A stretch of 32,000 nucleotides of DNA, taken from positions 1 to 32,000 of the forward strand of contig DDNL01000090.1 of the NCBI GenBank assembly GCA_002341165.1, given 5' to 3'. The position numbers and the translations under genes were made by a program. This DNA comes from Shewanellaceae bacterium UBA2521 (lineage in GTDB: Bacteria > Pseudomonadota > Gammaproteobacteria > Enterobacterales > Shewanellaceae). The notes under the pieces are model-generated. The model was given only the letters and a program-made list of their open reading frames with translations, searched no databases and was not told where the DNA came from. This document shows, one piece after another, positions 20,560-31,673 of this stretch (positions within the stretch are counted from its first letter, which is position 1; every line of letters begins with the position of its first letter).

Positions 20560-20712
20560 GCGTTTTTATCCAATTTTTGCTGTAAAAATTATGTGTCTTG
20601 TTTTGATTTCAAAAAATATTCTGGAGCTTAGTCTACACAAATTCAGTCATCAAAAATTTTTTTTTTTTTGAGACAACATAGAAACCGTACCAACATCGTG
20701 CTGATGGATATC

Positions 20713-21444
20713 TTAAGTTGAAATAAAATACGATACTAACTTATGTTGCCAAGGATAAGGTAGCAGAGCAATCAAGCGCAAGAACCCTGTAAACAAAAAA
20801 GGAAAATAAATATCACGTTTTTTCTTCGCAAGTCCTCGGCGAATTTTTCTCGAAGCAAAGTCGCAATCAACACGCATCGGCATAGGAAATGTATTACGAT
20901 CCGTTAAAGGTGTTTGCACAAATCCTGGAAAAATAAGACTCACATAAAGACCTTTACGCTCTAAAGGTATTCTAATACAGTGGCCTAAATAGGTCACTGC
21001 AGCTTTTGATGCACCATAAACTTCTGCTCGAGGCAGAGCAACTTCACCTGCAATCGAGGTCACAATAGCAACATGCTGTCCTGCCTTAAAGTGAACTTGG
21101 CTCGCTGCAATACAATGTGCTAAACCGTATAAGTTAATCTTCATGACCCGATCAAACAAGGCTACATCCATCACACCTTCTTCGATGTATTCACAATCAC
21201 CTGCATTAAAAATCCACAAATCAGGTATCACTTTGAGTTGTCCAATGGCATCGCGTGTCTGAGACTCTCGCGTGATATCAAACTTTAAACAGGTTATTTC
21301 AGGTGCATCTTCTTTAAGCTGAGCGAGCTTTTCTTGATTACGCCCGCAAGCAATCACATGCCAACCGGCTTTATCATAATCTAACGCAAGTTGTTTACCT
21401 ATACCCGATGTGGCACCCGTAATGAGAACTTTTTGTTGTGTCAT
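20713..21444 (-). CDS. Short-chain dehydrogenase/reductase (SDR) family oxidoreductase
   Basis: About 243 aa; VLITGATSGIGKQLALDY, YGASKAAVTYLG, SLIFPGFVQTPLTD. ATG at 21444 preferred over the track GTG at 21450. Confidence 0.9.
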   Translation of the reverse strand: MTQQKVLITGATSGIGKQLALDYDKAGWHVIACGRNQEKLAQLKEDAPEITCLKFDITRESQTRDAIGQLKVIPDLWIFNAGDCEYIEEGVMDVALFDRVMKINLYGLAHCIAASQVHFKAGQHVAIVTSIAGEVALPRAEVYGASKAAVTYLGHCIRIPLERKGLYVSLIFPGFVQTPLTDRNTFPMPMRVDCDFASRKIRRGLAKKKRDIYFPFLFTGFLRLIALLPYPWQHKLVSYFIST

Positions 21445-21519
21445 AAGCACTCCTTGCTTACTATTTGAAAACAGCGCATGCGCTGGATGCGTCTTATAGA
21501 CGGACTCAATTGATATAAG

Positions 21520-21538
21520 TTTAGTTTTAAAAACTAAA
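21520..21538. repeat. 19-nt perfect palindrome in a divergent intergenic region
   Basis: TTTAGTTTT-A-AAAACTAAA between the SDR and HugZ-like genes. Confidence 0.75.
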
Positions 21539-21584
21539 GTCTTAAAATCGAGTTGCTTATCATTAAAACCATTAGGGACAGACT

Positions 21585-22088
21585 ATGCCACATCACGCAG
21601 CAAATCAATCTCTCTTTGAGGAAGTACATCATTTTATTCATCGATATAAGACATTGCATTTATCAACTATCGATGCAGATCAGCAACCTTGCGCATCCTA
21701 CGCACCTTTTGCGCTGGGTGATAACTGTTTATACATTCTTATAAGTGAACTTGCACAACATACACGCAATTTATTACAACAACAACAAGCTTCCATACTG
21801 ATTATTGAAGATGAGCAAGATGCTGTTGAAATCTTTGCACGTACTCGATTGCATTACTCTATTAAGGCGCAACACATACAAAGAGAAAACCCAACCTGGC
21901 ACGAAGCTGTAGCTCAATTAGAAGCGCGTCATGGCGAACGCATTCCGCAACTTTTCAGCTTATCGGATTTTCATTTGTTTCAACTTAAACCCGATCAAGG
22001 ACAATTTGTAAAAGGGTTTGCTCAAGCGTTTCAACTTGAAACTGGGCAGCTGATCAGTGCCGAGTTTAAACACCTGAAGACTTCGTGA
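21585..22088 (+). CDS. HugZ/HutZ-like pyridoxamine 5'-phosphate oxidase-fold protein
   Basis: 167 aa; LHLSTIDADQQPCASYAPF, HTRNLLQQQQASILIIEDE, IFARTRLHYSI, FQLKPDQGQFVKGFAQAFQL. Confidence 0.8.
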   Translation: MPHHAANQSLFEEVHHFIHRYKTLHLSTIDADQQPCASYAPFALGDNCLYILISELAQHTRNLLQQQQASILIIEDEQDAVEIFARTRLHYSIKAQHIQRENPTWHEAVAQLEARHGERIPQLFSLSDFHLFQLKPDQGQFVKGFAQAFQLETGQLISAEFKHLKTS

Positions 22089-22386
22089 TAGGGGATCGAA
22101 TGTGACCTTGTGCATAATCAGCAACCAAGCGTTCTTTTTGAGCTTTACTGTAACGCTTTAAAATAGACTCAAAACGACACACCTCGCTGCGACTGGATCC
22201 AAAATAAACATATACAAGCTCAACAGGCAACCGTGCACGTGTATATTTGGCACCTTGTCCCTGATTATGCACCATCACACGTTTTAGATGATCATGACTC
22301 ATACCTGTGTAGAGTGAATGATCTGCACAGCGCACCATATAAACACACCAAGCACGTGACTCTTTCACACTAAAAAACCGATGCAC
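22066..22386 (-). CDS. yhbQ: GIY-YIG nuclease-fold protein (YhbQ family)
   Basis: 106 aa; [48 protein letters not shown]. Confidence 0.9.
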   Translation of the reverse strand: MHRFFSVKESRAWCVYMVRCADHSLYTGMSHDHLKRVMVHNQGQGAKYTRARLPVELVYVYFGSSRSEVCRFESILKRYSKAQKERLVADYAQGHIRSPITKSSGV

Positions 22387-23776
22387 TCAGTTGAAATAAC
22401 TTTTCAACCTCAGTAATAAATTTCTTATCAACTAAAAAAATAACCACATGATCATCTGTTTCAATCACAGTTTTGTCGTGTGCAATCAAAACTTCATCAT
22501 CACGAATCACAGCGCCTATCGTGACTCCAGGAGGCAATTTAATCTGGTCAATTTGGCGACCTACAACTTTTGAACTTTCTGCATTACCTCTGGCAATAAT
22601 TTCTATCGCTTCTGCAGCACCACGACGTAGAGAATAAACATTACAAATATCTCCTTGTCGCACATGAGTCAAAATAGCAGAGATAGTTGCTTGTTGCGGT
22701 GAAATAGCTACATCAATTTTGGCATCTTGAATTAAATCGGTATAAGCTTCCCGCTGAATAAGTACCATAACTTTTTTAGCGCCTAAACGCTTAGCAAGTA
22801 AAGCCGACATGATATTCGCTTCATCAGCATTGGTCACCGCAATAAAAATATCCACTTGATCAATGTGCTCTTCCACCAGCAAACCGTGATCTGACGCATC
22901 ACCGCAAAAAACTGTGGTATTATCCAGACGCTCAGAAATTGCTTCAGCGCGCAATCTGTCTCGTTCAATGAGTTTAACCGTGTGTGTATTTTCTAACTTG
23001 TCTGCCAAGCCAAAACCAATGTTACCTCCGCCAGCAATCATGATATTTTTATATTGATCATCTTGCCTTTGTACTTCTGCAATGACCTCTCGAATATGAC
23101 GAGAATCAGCAATGAAAAAGACTTCATCGTCAGCTTCAATCATGGTCGTACCACGAGGCATAATAGGACGGCCTTGCCTGAAAATTGCTGCAACACGTGT
23201 ATCGATATGTGGCATATGTTCTCGCAAAGAAGAAAGCGCACTCCCGACCAAAGGGCCACCATAATAGGCACGCACAGCAATCAAGCTCACATGACTTTGT
23301 CCAAATTCAAGAACTTGCAGCGCACCTGGATAGGTAATTAAACGTGCAATATAGTTGGTAACCAACTGCTCAGGAGCAATAAGCTCGTCAATGGCGTAAG
23401 CATAATCTGTGGTTTTCTCTTCGGTGTTTCTAGTCGAAACAAAGAGTTCATCCATATAACGTAGATAGTCTTCCGAACGAATACGAGCAATTTTCTTAGG
23501 CACTCTAAAAAGGGAATAAGCAGTATGACAAGCCGTAATGTTCACCTCATCATTTGTAGTAATCGCAATAATTAAATCTGCTTCACTCGCACCCGCACTA
23601 TCGAGCACATGTGGATGCGAGGCATGACCTTGAACAACACGCAAATCATATTTATCTTGCAAGGCCATAAGTTTCGAACCGTCATTATCGACAACAGTGA
23701 TATCATTATCTTCGCTTACAAGATTAGAGGCGAGCGTAGCTCCTACTTGCCCCGCACCTAAAATAATTATTTTCAT
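22370..23776 (-). CDS. trkA: Trk system potassium transport peripheral protein TrkA
   Basis: 468 aa with two RCK repeats ([30 protein letters not shown]; [18 protein letters not shown]). Confidence 0.97.
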   Translation of the reverse strand: MKIIILGAGQVGATLASNLVSEDNDITVVDNDGSKLMALQDKYDLRVVQGHASHPHVLDSAGASEADLIIAITTNDEVNITACHTAYSLFRVPKKIARIRSEDYLRYMDELFVSTRNTEEKTTDYAYAIDELIAPEQLVTNYIARLITYPGALQVLEFGQSHVSLIAVRAYYGGPLVGSALSSLREHMPHIDTRVAAIFRQGRPIMPRGTTMIEADDEVFFIADSRHIREVIAEVQRQDDQYKNIMIAGGGNIGFGLADKLENTHTVKLIERDRLRAEAISERLDNTTVFCGDASDHGLLVEEHIDQVDIFIAVTNADEANIMSALLAKRLGAKKVMVLIQREAYTDLIQDAKIDVAISPQQATISAILTHVRQGDICNVYSLRRGAAEAIEIIARGNAESSKVVGRQIDQIKLPPGVTIGAVIRDDEVLIAHDKTVIETDDHVVIFLVDKKFITEVEKLFQLSASVF

Positions 23777-23788
23777 GCTGCTCCAGTT

Positions 23789-25075
23789 TTAAACTTTGAA
23801 TAGTTTGGCGTAATAAAATCCATCCATATTGCGCACATCAGGTATGATCTGCCAGCCCACACTTTTTGGGTCAACAGGATCAATGGCTATAAGTTTAGCG
23901 TCAGGGGTTCGAGATAAAAAGTTTTCTATTTGTGTTTTATTCTCTTGCGGGAGCACCGAGCATGTTGCATACAACAAGGTACCTCCTTTTTTCAAGTGCA
24001 ACCAACATGCATCTAAAATATCAGCCTGCAACATGACTAAATTTTCAATATCTTCAGCTTGACGCAACCATTTTATATCTGGATGACGTCGAATCACACC
24101 TGTTGCAGAACAAGGTGCATCTAATAAAATACGGTCAAACAAAGAGCCATCATGCCATGCTGAAAAATCAGAAGCATCACCTTCAACCAACTGCGCATGC
24201 AAATTTAACCTTTGTAGGTTTTCTTGAACACGCTCTAGTCTATCTGCATGTTTATCTAAAGCTATTACTTTTGTAAGTTGAGGCTGCTTTTCAAGTAAGT
24301 GACAGGTTTTACCTCCAGGTGCGGCGCACGCATCGAGAATAACGTCGTTCGGCTGAGGATCTAACAAATGAGCTGCCCATTGTGCAGCACCATCTTGAAC
24401 CGATACAGCACCTTGCTGAAATTGAGGTAGTTGAGAAACAGACACTGGATGTGCCAACAAAATAGAATCCGCACTTTCTCCTACAGTCGCTTCAATATCA
24501 ACTTGCTTGAGCTGTTCCAGATAATCAAGTCTTGACTGATATTGTGTGTTATTGCGTAACCACATCGGCGGCTGTTGGTTATTGTGTTCTAGAATCGATG
24601 CACCATCTTGCGGATACGCCTGCTTGATTTTTTCAATAAGCCACTTTGGATGACAAAATTTCAAAGTTGGCGAATCAACAGATAAATCAGGACGTTGACG
24701 TTCTAAATTTCGAAGTACACCATTGACTAACTTGGTGAGTCTATGATGTTTTAACTGCTTACACGCTTCAACAGTTTCGGATAGGGCTGCATGTGGAGCA
24801 ACACGCATAAAGTACAGTTGATACACACCAACCAACAAAATATGATGCACAACACGCTGCTTACCTTTTAAAGGTTGCTGCATGTAATCGCGAATCAATT
24901 TATCCAGTTGAGGTAAATAACGAAGCAAACCATAACAAAGCTGCGCCAAAAAAGCTTGATCCTGAGTCGATAGTTTTTTTTGAGCAGTCGGCAAACAAGT
25001 TGAAAGCGACTGACCTTGGTCAACCACTTGATAAGAAATCTGTGCAGCTAAAGCACGTACATTAAGCTGTTTCAT
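23789..25075 (-). CDS. rsmB: 16S rRNA m5C967 methyltransferase RsmB
   Basis: 428 aa; NusB-like N-terminus, [51 protein letters not shown]. Confidence 0.97.
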   Translation of the reverse strand: MKQLNVRALAAQISYQVVDQGQSLSTCLPTAQKKLSTQDQAFLAQLCYGLLRYLPQLDKLIRDYMQQPLKGKQRVVHHILLVGVYQLYFMRVAPHAALSETVEACKQLKHHRLTKLVNGVLRNLERQRPDLSVDSPTLKFCHPKWLIEKIKQAYPQDGASILEHNNQQPPMWLRNNTQYQSRLDYLEQLKQVDIEATVGESADSILLAHPVSVSQLPQFQQGAVSVQDGAAQWAAHLLDPQPNDVILDACAAPGGKTCHLLEKQPQLTKVIALDKHADRLERVQENLQRLNLHAQLVEGDASDFSAWHDGSLFDRILLDAPCSATGVIRRHPDIKWLRQAEDIENLVMLQADILDACWLHLKKGGTLLYATCSVLPQENKTQIENFLSRTPDAKLIAIDPVDPKSVGWQIIPDVRNMDGFYYAKLFKV

Positions 25076-26022
25076 AATGCGCCTATGTTTTGCTCTGCTA
25101 CAAACAGATCTTGATAAGCATTGATGACATCTTGCACAGGCTGAAACTTTTTATTAGGCAACTGAATCACCTCAAGTCGCAACACCCCTTCTCCTGTAAC
25201 CACATCAATACCTTGTTTGGTCACATTTAATATTGTACCTGCAGGCAATGCACCAGAGTAAGGCCATATCGATACCTGACGCACTTTAATGACTTGATCT
25301 TGATGCTTAAAATAACTCATAGGCCAAGGATTAAATGCTCGTACTTCTCGATCCAGCTGTACCGCCGTTTTATTCCAATCGATTAAAGCTTCGGCTTTGC
25401 TTAATTTTTCAGCATACGTCGCATACGCGTCATCTTGTATTTCAGGCTGTAACGTACCTGCTGCAAGATCAGTGAGCGTCTCTAACAAAGCTTGTGGCCC
25501 AAGTTGCGCAAGCTTGTCGTATAAAGTTGCACTGGTATCGCTCGCTTCAATAATACAAGAAGCTTTATGAAGCATAGGCCCTGTATCAAGACCAGCATCC
25601 ATTTGCATAATGGTTACGCCTGTTTCTGTATCGCCAGCCCATAAAGAACGTTGAATTGGCGCCGCACCACGCCATTGAGGCAAAAGAGAACCATGCACAT
25701 TGATGCAGCCTAATGCAGGCATATCTAAAACAGCTTGAGGTAAAATTAAACCGTAAGCCACAACAACCATCACATCTGCCTGATAAGCAGCTAGCTGTGC
25801 TTGGACTGTTTCATCACGCAAAGTCTTAGGCTGTTCAACAGGTAAATCATGCGCTAGAGCTAATTGCTTTACCGGGCTTGGTTGTAGCTTTTTACCTCTT
25901 CCAGCAGGTTTATCTTGTTTGGTATACACAGCAACCACTTCGTGCTCACTGTTTAACATCTCTTTTAGGTGTAACGCTGCAAAATCTGGTGTGCCTGCAA
26001 AAATAATTTTTAATGGTTTCAA
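25072..26022 (-). CDS. fmt: Methionyl-tRNA formyltransferase
   Basis: 316 aa; [51 protein letters not shown]. Confidence 0.98.
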   Translation of the reverse strand: MKPLKIIFAGTPDFAALHLKEMLNSEHEVVAVYTKQDKPAGRGKKLQPSPVKQLALAHDLPVEQPKTLRDETVQAQLAAYQADVMVVVAYGLILPQAVLDMPALGCINVHGSLLPQWRGAAPIQRSLWAGDTETGVTIMQMDAGLDTGPMLHKASCIIEASDTSATLYDKLAQLGPQALLETLTDLAAGTLQPEIQDDAYATYAEKLSKAEALIDWNKTAVQLDREVRAFNPWPMSYFKHQDQVIKVRQVSIWPYSGALPAGTILNVTKQGIDVVTGEGVLRLEVIQLPNKKFQPVQDVINAYQDLFVAEQNIGAL

Positions 26023-26038
26023 ACTTTTATCCTAAGGT

Positions 26039-26554
26039 TTACGACTCTTTCTTTTTTTGCTGACGTGCTTGCTTCTCTAATTTTTCACGAATACGCTGAC
26101 GCTTCAACGACGAAAGATAGTCCACAAATAAAACACCTTTTAGATGATCCATTTCATGCTGAATACAAATCGAAAGTAGTTGATCCGCATCGTACTCAAA
26201 TTCTTGGCCATGCTCATCAAAAGCTTTAATGCGTACACGTTCTGAACGCTCTACTTCAGCATACACACCTGGTACAGATAAGCAGCCTTCTTCATTGGTA
26301 AAGGTGCCAGCAATGGAGGTTAGTTCAGGATTAATAAATACTCTTTTTTCACTTTTTTTCTCGGATAAATCCATCACAATGACACGCTGATGCACATTTA
26401 CTTGTGTTGCAGCTAAACCAATACCATTTTCGGCATACATGGTTTCAAACATATCTTCCACAAGTTGCTTTAATTGCGCATCAAAGACTTTAACAGGCTC
26501 TGCAACTGTACGTAGACGCTCATCAGGAAAAGTTAAAACTTCTAATTTTGCCAT
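26039..26554 (-). CDS. def: Peptide deformylase
   Basis: 171 aa; [51 protein letters not shown]. Confidence 0.98.
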   Translation of the reverse strand: MAKLEVLTFPDERLRTVAEPVKVFDAQLKQLVEDMFETMYAENGIGLAATQVNVHQRVIVMDLSEKKSEKRVFINPELTSIAGTFTNEEGCLSVPGVYAEVERSERVRIKAFDEHGQEFEYDADQLLSICIQHEMDHLKGVLFVDYLSSLKRQRIREKLEKQARQQKKKES

Positions 26555-26683
26555 AATTATCCTTCGACATTACTTACTTAATTCGTAAAGCATATTTTAA
26601 TGCTTCTATCAGATAAATCCTAGTAATTTGTGATAGGCTGGCCACTTTATTCATACTCTCTTCGTTACGGATAACGATTTTAT

Positions 26684-27745
26684 ATGAAACAGCGTACAGT
26701 AGCTTGGCTTACTTTAGCTTCAGCACCTCACCTCAGCACACGTAAAGCACACGAGATATTACAAAAGTTTACACTCGAAGAGGTAGCTCAAGCCTTACAT
26801 GAAAGACCTCATAAGATTGGGCTCAAAGCAGCGCCCGAGGCATGGCAACATCTAATTGATCAAGCTTTACTTTGGTATGAGCAAGCAGATGATCATTTTA
26901 TTTTGACTCCAGATGACAGTGCTTACCCTGCTTTACTCAAGCAAATTCCTGATGCGCCTTGTGTTTTGTTTGTACAAGGTCAAATCAACACACTACAAAA
27001 ATCTATGTTTGCTGTAGTAGGAAGCAGACAATGCACACCTGCGGGACGACAAAACGCCTATCAATTCTCATTGCAACTTGCTCAACAGGGATTGGTGATT
27101 ACCAGTGGGCTCGCTCTAGGTATTGATACACAAGCGCACCTAGGTGCTGTAGAACATGATTACCCAACTATTGCTGTTTTAGGCACAGGGCTCAATCAAA
27201 TATATCCTAAAAGAAATAAAGAGTTAGCTTATAAAATAAGAGAAAAAGGCTGTTTAGTCTCAGAATTTTTCCCAGATACAGTACCTTTTGCCTATAATTT
27301 CCCTAAGAGAAATAGAATTATCAGCGGCATGAGTCGAGGCACTTTAGTCGTAGAAGCAGCAATAAAAAGTGGCTCCTTGATCACAGCACGCTTGGCTTTA
27401 GAGCAAAATAGAGAAGTCTTCGCTATACCTGGATCGATTCTTAATCCTTATAGCGAAGGATGTCACCAATTGATTCAACAAGGTGCACAACTCGTTTATC
27501 ACGTCCATGATATTTATAATGAGCTAAACTTAAAAATAGACGTGGTACAAAAGTCATCATCAGAAGAAAGGCAAACTGAACCTGAGTTATTAAGCTATAT
27601 AGGATATGAGATCACACCGATCGATTATATTGTAGAAGAAAGCGGCTTATTGCTTGAGCAGTTACTAGAACCTCTACTCAATTTGGAATTAGAAGGTTGG
27701 ATAGTTTCGGTCTCAGGAGGATATACCCGCATCAGGAGGAGCTAG
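26684..27745 (+). CDS. dprA: DNA processing protein DprA
   Basis: 353 aa; VGSRQCTPAGRQNAYQFSLQLAQQGLVITSGLALGIDTQAHLGA, FPKRNRIISGMSRGTLVVEAAIKSGSLITARLA, PGSILNPYSEGCHQLIQQGAQL. Confidence 0.97.
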   Translation: MKQRTVAWLTLASAPHLSTRKAHEILQKFTLEEVAQALHERPHKIGLKAAPEAWQHLIDQALLWYEQADDHFILTPDDSAYPALLKQIPDAPCVLFVQGQINTLQKSMFAVVGSRQCTPAGRQNAYQFSLQLAQQGLVITSGLALGIDTQAHLGAVEHDYPTIAVLGTGLNQIYPKRNKELAYKIREKGCLVSEFFPDTVPFAYNFPKRNRIISGMSRGTLVVEAAIKSGSLITARLALEQNREVFAIPGSILNPYSEGCHQLIQQGAQLVYHVHDIYNELNLKIDVVQKSSSEERQTEPELLSYIGYEITPIDYIVEESGLLLEQLLEPLLNLELEGWIVSVSGGYTRIRRS

Positions 27746-27747
27746 TC

Positions 27748-28218
27748 ATGTTTGATATATTAATGTATCTCTTTGAAAACTTCGTTCACAATGATGTTGA
27801 GCTCCTTATCGATCATGATGAGCTCACTGATGAACTAGTCCGTGCTGGATTTCATCATGCAGACATTATCAAGGCTATTTCATGGTTAGAGAAATTAGTA
27901 GCTCTGCAAGAAAGCGACGCCTCACATATTTTAAACACATCTCCTCATGCTACCCGTGTCTACATCGAGGCTGAAAAAGAGAAAATAGACACCGAAAGTC
28001 GAGGCTTACTCTCTTTTCTTGAACAAGCATCCATTTTAACACCCGAAACAAGAGAGCTGGTTATCGACAGATTAATGGAGCTTGATCATACTTATCTCTG
28101 TGTTGAAGACACAAAGTGGATTGTTCTCATGGTACTTTTCAATGTGCCCGATGGTGAAAACGCTTACGCTCATATGGAAGATCTTTTGTTTGAATTACCC
28201 GATAGTCGCATCCATTAA
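27748..28218 (+). CDS. smg: Smg family protein (DUF494)
   Basis: 156 aa from ATG at 27748 (AGGAGG upstream): MFDILMYLFENFVHNDVELLIDHDELTDELVRAGFHHADIIKAISWLEKL; directly follows dprA. Confidence 0.93.
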   Translation: MFDILMYLFENFVHNDVELLIDHDELTDELVRAGFHHADIIKAISWLEKLVALQESDASHILNTSPHATRVYIEAEKEKIDTESRGLLSFLEQASILTPETRELVIDRLMELDHTYLCVEDTKWIVLMVLFNVPDGENAYAHMEDLLFELPDSRIH

Positions 28219-28240
28219 TTCAAACATATCTATTCGCATA

Positions 28241-28279
28241 GCCAATCATGCTTTCTATTTAAGCTTGATTGGCTTTTTT
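28241..28279 (+). terminator. Rho-independent terminator after smg
   Basis: GCCAATCATGC...GCTTGATTGGCTTTTTT stem and T tract. Confidence 0.8.
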
Positions 28280-28588
28280 AAATAACTTGTCGTCTTGCAT
28301 CATCCATTCAATAGCTGCCTGAATGTCCTGTGCTGAACAATCGAAGCAGCGACCTTGAGGTGGCATGGCTTTAAAGCCTTTTTGCACATGCTCAATGAAT
28401 ACAGGCATCGATTTTTTCTCTAAACGTTTGCGCCAACTTATCCTATCACCTTTTTTAGGTGCTCCATTGACACCTGCTGCATGACAGGTATGACAGGCTT
28501 TTTCGTAGACCTCAACGCCTTGTTGTGCTGCCGCCATAAAACTCATCATACCAAGTATGGTGCTATATAAGATAAGATGAAAATACAT
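28259..28588 (-). CDS. Cytochrome c5-like monoheme c-type cytochrome
   Basis: 109 aa; GVEVYEKACHTCHAAGVNGAPKKGDRISW (CXXCH) and AMPPQGRCFDCSAQDIQAAIEWM; AAGGA upstream of the ATG. Confidence 0.9.
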   Translation of the reverse strand: MYFHLILYSTILGMMSFMAAAQQGVEVYEKACHTCHAAGVNGAPKKGDRISWRKRLEKKSMPVFIEHVQKGFKAMPPQGRCFDCSAQDIQAAIEWMMQDDKLFKKANQA

Positions 28589-28599
28589 TCACTGCTTCC

Positions 28600-28632
28600 T
28601 TGTTTAACTTGTTTAACTTGTTTAACTTGTTT
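28600..28632. repeat. 9-bp tandem repeat (TTGTTTAAC) x3 plus partial copy
   Basis: TTGTTTAAC TTGTTTAAC TTGTTTAAC TTGTTTC read directly upstream of the cytochrome c5-like gene. Confidence 0.97.
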
Positions 28633-28768
28633 CATTGTATCGAAACATACTCAAGAAAAAAAACAAGAAATAGAATAAGTTTTAAACAAAGCTTCATTTA
28701 GCCCTTGAAAACTCGTGTTATAATCAGGTCAAATTACACAATAGCATTATTGGCACGGATGCACATGT

Positions 28769-29386
28769 ATGGCAGCACAAACACTCCTCTCAGGTTGTAA
28801 CTTAACCTGTATCAGACAAGATCGTATCTTGTTTGAACACCTTCATCTTGATGTTCATGAAGGTGACATACTCCAAGTTCAAGGCCGTAACGGTGCAGGA
28901 AAAACCAGTTTATTACGCATCTTAGCTGGACTTTCTCGACCCTATGAGGGTCATGTGCGCTACCCCCAAGCCGATCAAGAAGCTGAACAATCCAATATTT
29001 TGTATATAGGCCACAAGCAAGGCCTTAAATCCGATTTAAGCACACAAGAGAATCTTGATTTTTATCAGAGGTTACACGCTTATCCCGTAACACCTCTTGA
29101 TGCTTTAACCAGATTACAACTTGATGGATTTGAAGATACCTCAACGCATCATTTGTCTGCTGGACAACAAAAACGTAATGCTTTAGCGCGACTCATCCAT
29201 GCCCCTTACAACATTTGGATTGTTGATGAACCCTTTTCAGCATTAGACACGACAGGTATAACGCATTTAGAGCAATTATTTCTACAACATGTATATCAAG
29301 GTGGCTGTTTAATATTCACAACCCACCAACCTTCAAAGGTTCAAAACTATGAGAAATTTAGAGTCCTTGACTTGCACAAGTGTTGA
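28769..29386 (+). CDS. ccmA: Heme exporter ATP-binding protein CcmA
   Basis: 205 aa ABC ATPase; VQGRNGAGKTSLLRILAGLSRPYEG, HHLSAGQQKRNALARL, IWIVDEPFSALD. Confidence 0.96.
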   Translation: MAAQTLLSGCNLTCIRQDRILFEHLHLDVHEGDILQVQGRNGAGKTSLLRILAGLSRPYEGHVRYPQADQEAEQSNILYIGHKQGLKSDLSTQENLDFYQRLHAYPVTPLDALTRLQLDGFEDTSTHHLSAGQQKRNALARLIHAPYNIWIVDEPFSALDTTGITHLEQLFLQHVYQGGCLIFTTHQPSKVQNYEKFRVLDLHKC

Positions 29387-30083
29387 AACACTGAAAACAC
29401 CGATACAAATCAGTTATCGCTCTGCTTTTTGGGTTATGATGAAAAAAGAGTTTAGACTCACATTACAAAAACCTATGGATACATTAGAGCCTATCTGTTT
29501 CTTTATGCTCGTTGTTTTACTGTTTCCATTGGCCTTAGGCACAGAAGTCGCACTACTTGCACGCATCGCACCAAGTGCCATGTGGATAGCTGCTTTACTT
29601 GCATCACTACTGTCATTGGAAAAACTATTTAAGCAAGATTATCAGGACGGTTCTCTTGAGCAACTTCTTCTCACACCTTACCCTTTAGCTTGGCTACTTT
29701 TTGCAAAAGTTTTGACGCACTGGATGGTTACTACATTACCTTTGATTGTGATTTCACCTATGCTGGCGTATCTGCTGCACTTACCGGCTCAAGCTTATCC
29801 TAATTTGTGTATTACTTTACTTCTAGGTACACCTGTTCTGAATTTCATAGGAGCAATAGGAGCTGCCTTGACCGTCAGTGTGCGCAAAGGAGGTGTTTTG
29901 CTAGGTTTACTGGTTATGCCTTTATATATTCCTGTGCTTATTTTTTCTATTAGCGCAATCGAATCTGTCGGCTTAGGCTTAAATGATACAGGACACATTG
30001 CCATACTGGGAGCAATGCTTATTGCTTGTTTAACTTTTGCACCACTGCTTATAAGTGCATCATTAAAAGTGAGTTTAAATTAA
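29349..30083 (+). CDS. ccmB: Heme exporter membrane protein CcmB
   Basis: About 244 aa, 6 TMs, MMKKEFRLTLQK...LEPICFFMLVVLLFPLALG; the true start may be somewhat downstream. Between ccmA and ccmC. Confidence 0.93.
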   Translation: MRNLESLTCTSVETLKTPIQISYRSAFWVMMKKEFRLTLQKPMDTLEPICFFMLVVLLFPLALGTEVALLARIAPSAMWIAALLASLLSLEKLFKQDYQDGSLEQLLLTPYPLAWLLFAKVLTHWMVTTLPLIVISPMLAYLLHLPAQAYPNLCITLLLGTPVLNFIGAIGAALTVSVRKGGVLLGLLVMPLYIPVLIFSISAIESVGLGLNDTGHIAILGAMLIACLTFAPLLISASLKVSLN

Positions 30084-30084
30084 T

Positions 30085-30828
30085 ATGTGGAAATGGTTAC
30101 ATCCTTATACTAAGCCTGAAACGGCATATCACCTCTGTGGTCAACTCATGCCTTGGTTCCTTGCCTCTGCACTAGTTCTTATTGGATTAGGTACCATTTG
30201 GGGGCTAGCTTTTGCACCTGCCGATTATCAGCAAGGAGACGGATTTAGAATTATTTATATCCATGTTCCAACAGCTTCTATGTCTATGGGGGTTTATGTC
30301 AGCATGGCCTTCGCTGCCTTTGTTGGATTAGTCTGGCAATATAAACTTTCTGATTGGGCCGTAATTGCTATGGCGCCCATTGGTTTTGTATTCACTTGTA
30401 TTGCTTTAATTACAGGATCTCTGTGGGGTAAACCTATGTGGGGAGCTTGGTGGGTATGGGATGCTCGTTTAACTTCAGAACTAATACTGGCTTTTCTTTA
30501 TCTAGGCATTATCGCTTTATATCACGCCTTTGATGATAAAGTCATTGCAGCTAAAGCTGCCAGTATTTTAACTTTAGTGGGTAGCATTAATATTCCTATT
30601 ATCAAATTCTCTGTGGATTGGTGGAGCTCTCTACACCAGGGATCGACCATAAAAATTACGGAAAAATCAACAATGGTCAGTGAAATGCTCTATCCCTTAC
30701 TTTGCAATATTTTAGGGTTCGGATTGCTCTTTATTGGACTGACTTTAATTCGATTTCGCGCTGAAATTTTAGCACGTAATACTATGCGTCCTTGGGTAAG
30801 ACAATTTGTTCAAAAAGAAGGACATTAA
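30085..30828 (+). CDS. ccmC: Heme exporter protein CcmC
   Basis: 247 aa; YQQGDGFRIIYIHVPTASMSMGVYVSMA, TGSLWGKPMWGAWWVWDARLTSELILAFLYLG. Confidence 0.97.
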   Translation: MWKWLHPYTKPETAYHLCGQLMPWFLASALVLIGLGTIWGLAFAPADYQQGDGFRIIYIHVPTASMSMGVYVSMAFAAFVGLVWQYKLSDWAVIAMAPIGFVFTCIALITGSLWGKPMWGAWWVWDARLTSELILAFLYLGIIALYHAFDDKVIAAKAASILTLVGSINIPIIKFSVDWWSSLHQGSTIKITEKSTMVSEMLYPLLCNILGFGLLFIGLTLIRFRAEILARNTMRPWVRQFVQKEGH

Positions 30829-30831
30829 GAT

Positions 30832-31038
30832 ATGAATTTTGCGTTTGAAAGTCTATCTGCTTTTTTTTCTATGGGCGGTTATAGTTTTTATGTTTGGTCT
30901 GCATACGGTATTTCTTTTCTTTTTTTATTATTACTATGTATACAAAGTATTCGTATGCAAAAAAATATTCTGTATCACCTGAAAAAACAAATGTTACGTG
31001 AACAGAAAATAAAAGAGCGTACCAAGGTGAATCTATGA
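30832..31038 (+). CDS. ccmD: Heme exporter protein CcmD
   Basis: 68 aa single-TM protein ([25 protein letters not shown]) between ccmC and ccmE. Confidence 0.9.
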   Translation: MNFAFESLSAFFSMGGYSFYVWSAYGISFLFLLLLCIQSIRMQKNILYHLKKQMLREQKIKERTKVNL

Positions 31039-31487
31039 ATTGGAGACGGAAAAAACGCTTATTCGCTGTTATAGGTTTATGTTTAGGCACTTCTTGTACT
31101 ATCGGTCTCATTTTATATGCTTTAAATTCAAATATGGATCTATTTTATATTCCATCAGAAATTCTTCATGGTAAACAAGGCCCTCAACAAGACAAGCCTC
31201 ATATAGGCCAAAGAATTCGCGTCGGAGGTATGGTGAGTTTTGGCAGTGTACAACGTCACCCAGAAACACTTGATGTTGAATTTAAATTACATGATCAAAC
31301 TGGCGAACAGGTCACAGTTGTCTATAAAGGATTACTTCCTGATTTATTTCGCGAAGGTCAAGGTATTGTAGCGCAAGGTACTTTAATACAAAAAAATAAA
31401 ATTCGAGCACAAGAAGTTTTAGCAAAACACGATGAGACTTACATGCCTCCTGAATTAAAAAATAAAATGAAACATGTGAAACCTTAA
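31035..31487 (+). CDS. ccmE: Heme chaperone CcmE
   Basis: 150 aa; [51 protein letters not shown] with the heme-binding His motif. Confidence 0.96.
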   Translation: MNWRRKKRLFAVIGLCLGTSCTIGLILYALNSNMDLFYIPSEILHGKQGPQQDKPHIGQRIRVGGMVSFGSVQRHPETLDVEFKLHDQTGEQVTVVYKGLLPDLFREGQGIVAQGTLIQKNKIRAQEVLAKHDETYMPPELKNKMKHVKP

Positions 31488-31673
31488 ATCATATGTTTTA
31501 TTTACTAAAAATAGAATATATGATGTGCATCAATATCTTAATTATTTTATATGCATTTATGTTTAAGAATAAAAATATATAAAATTTTACTTACATGCAT
31601 CACACTTTTGCTCGTTTTCACATCAACTACATGCTCTTTTTCTTTTTATGATTTATCATATAGCTTGCATATG

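Noticed and set aside
20657-20669. 13-nt poly-T tract as a phase-variation switch
   Set aside because: It is intergenic, about 44 nt downstream of the SDR stop and about 98 nt upstream of the epimerase start, with no sign that its length would alter a frame or promoter spacing. A strain comparison of tract length could reopen this.
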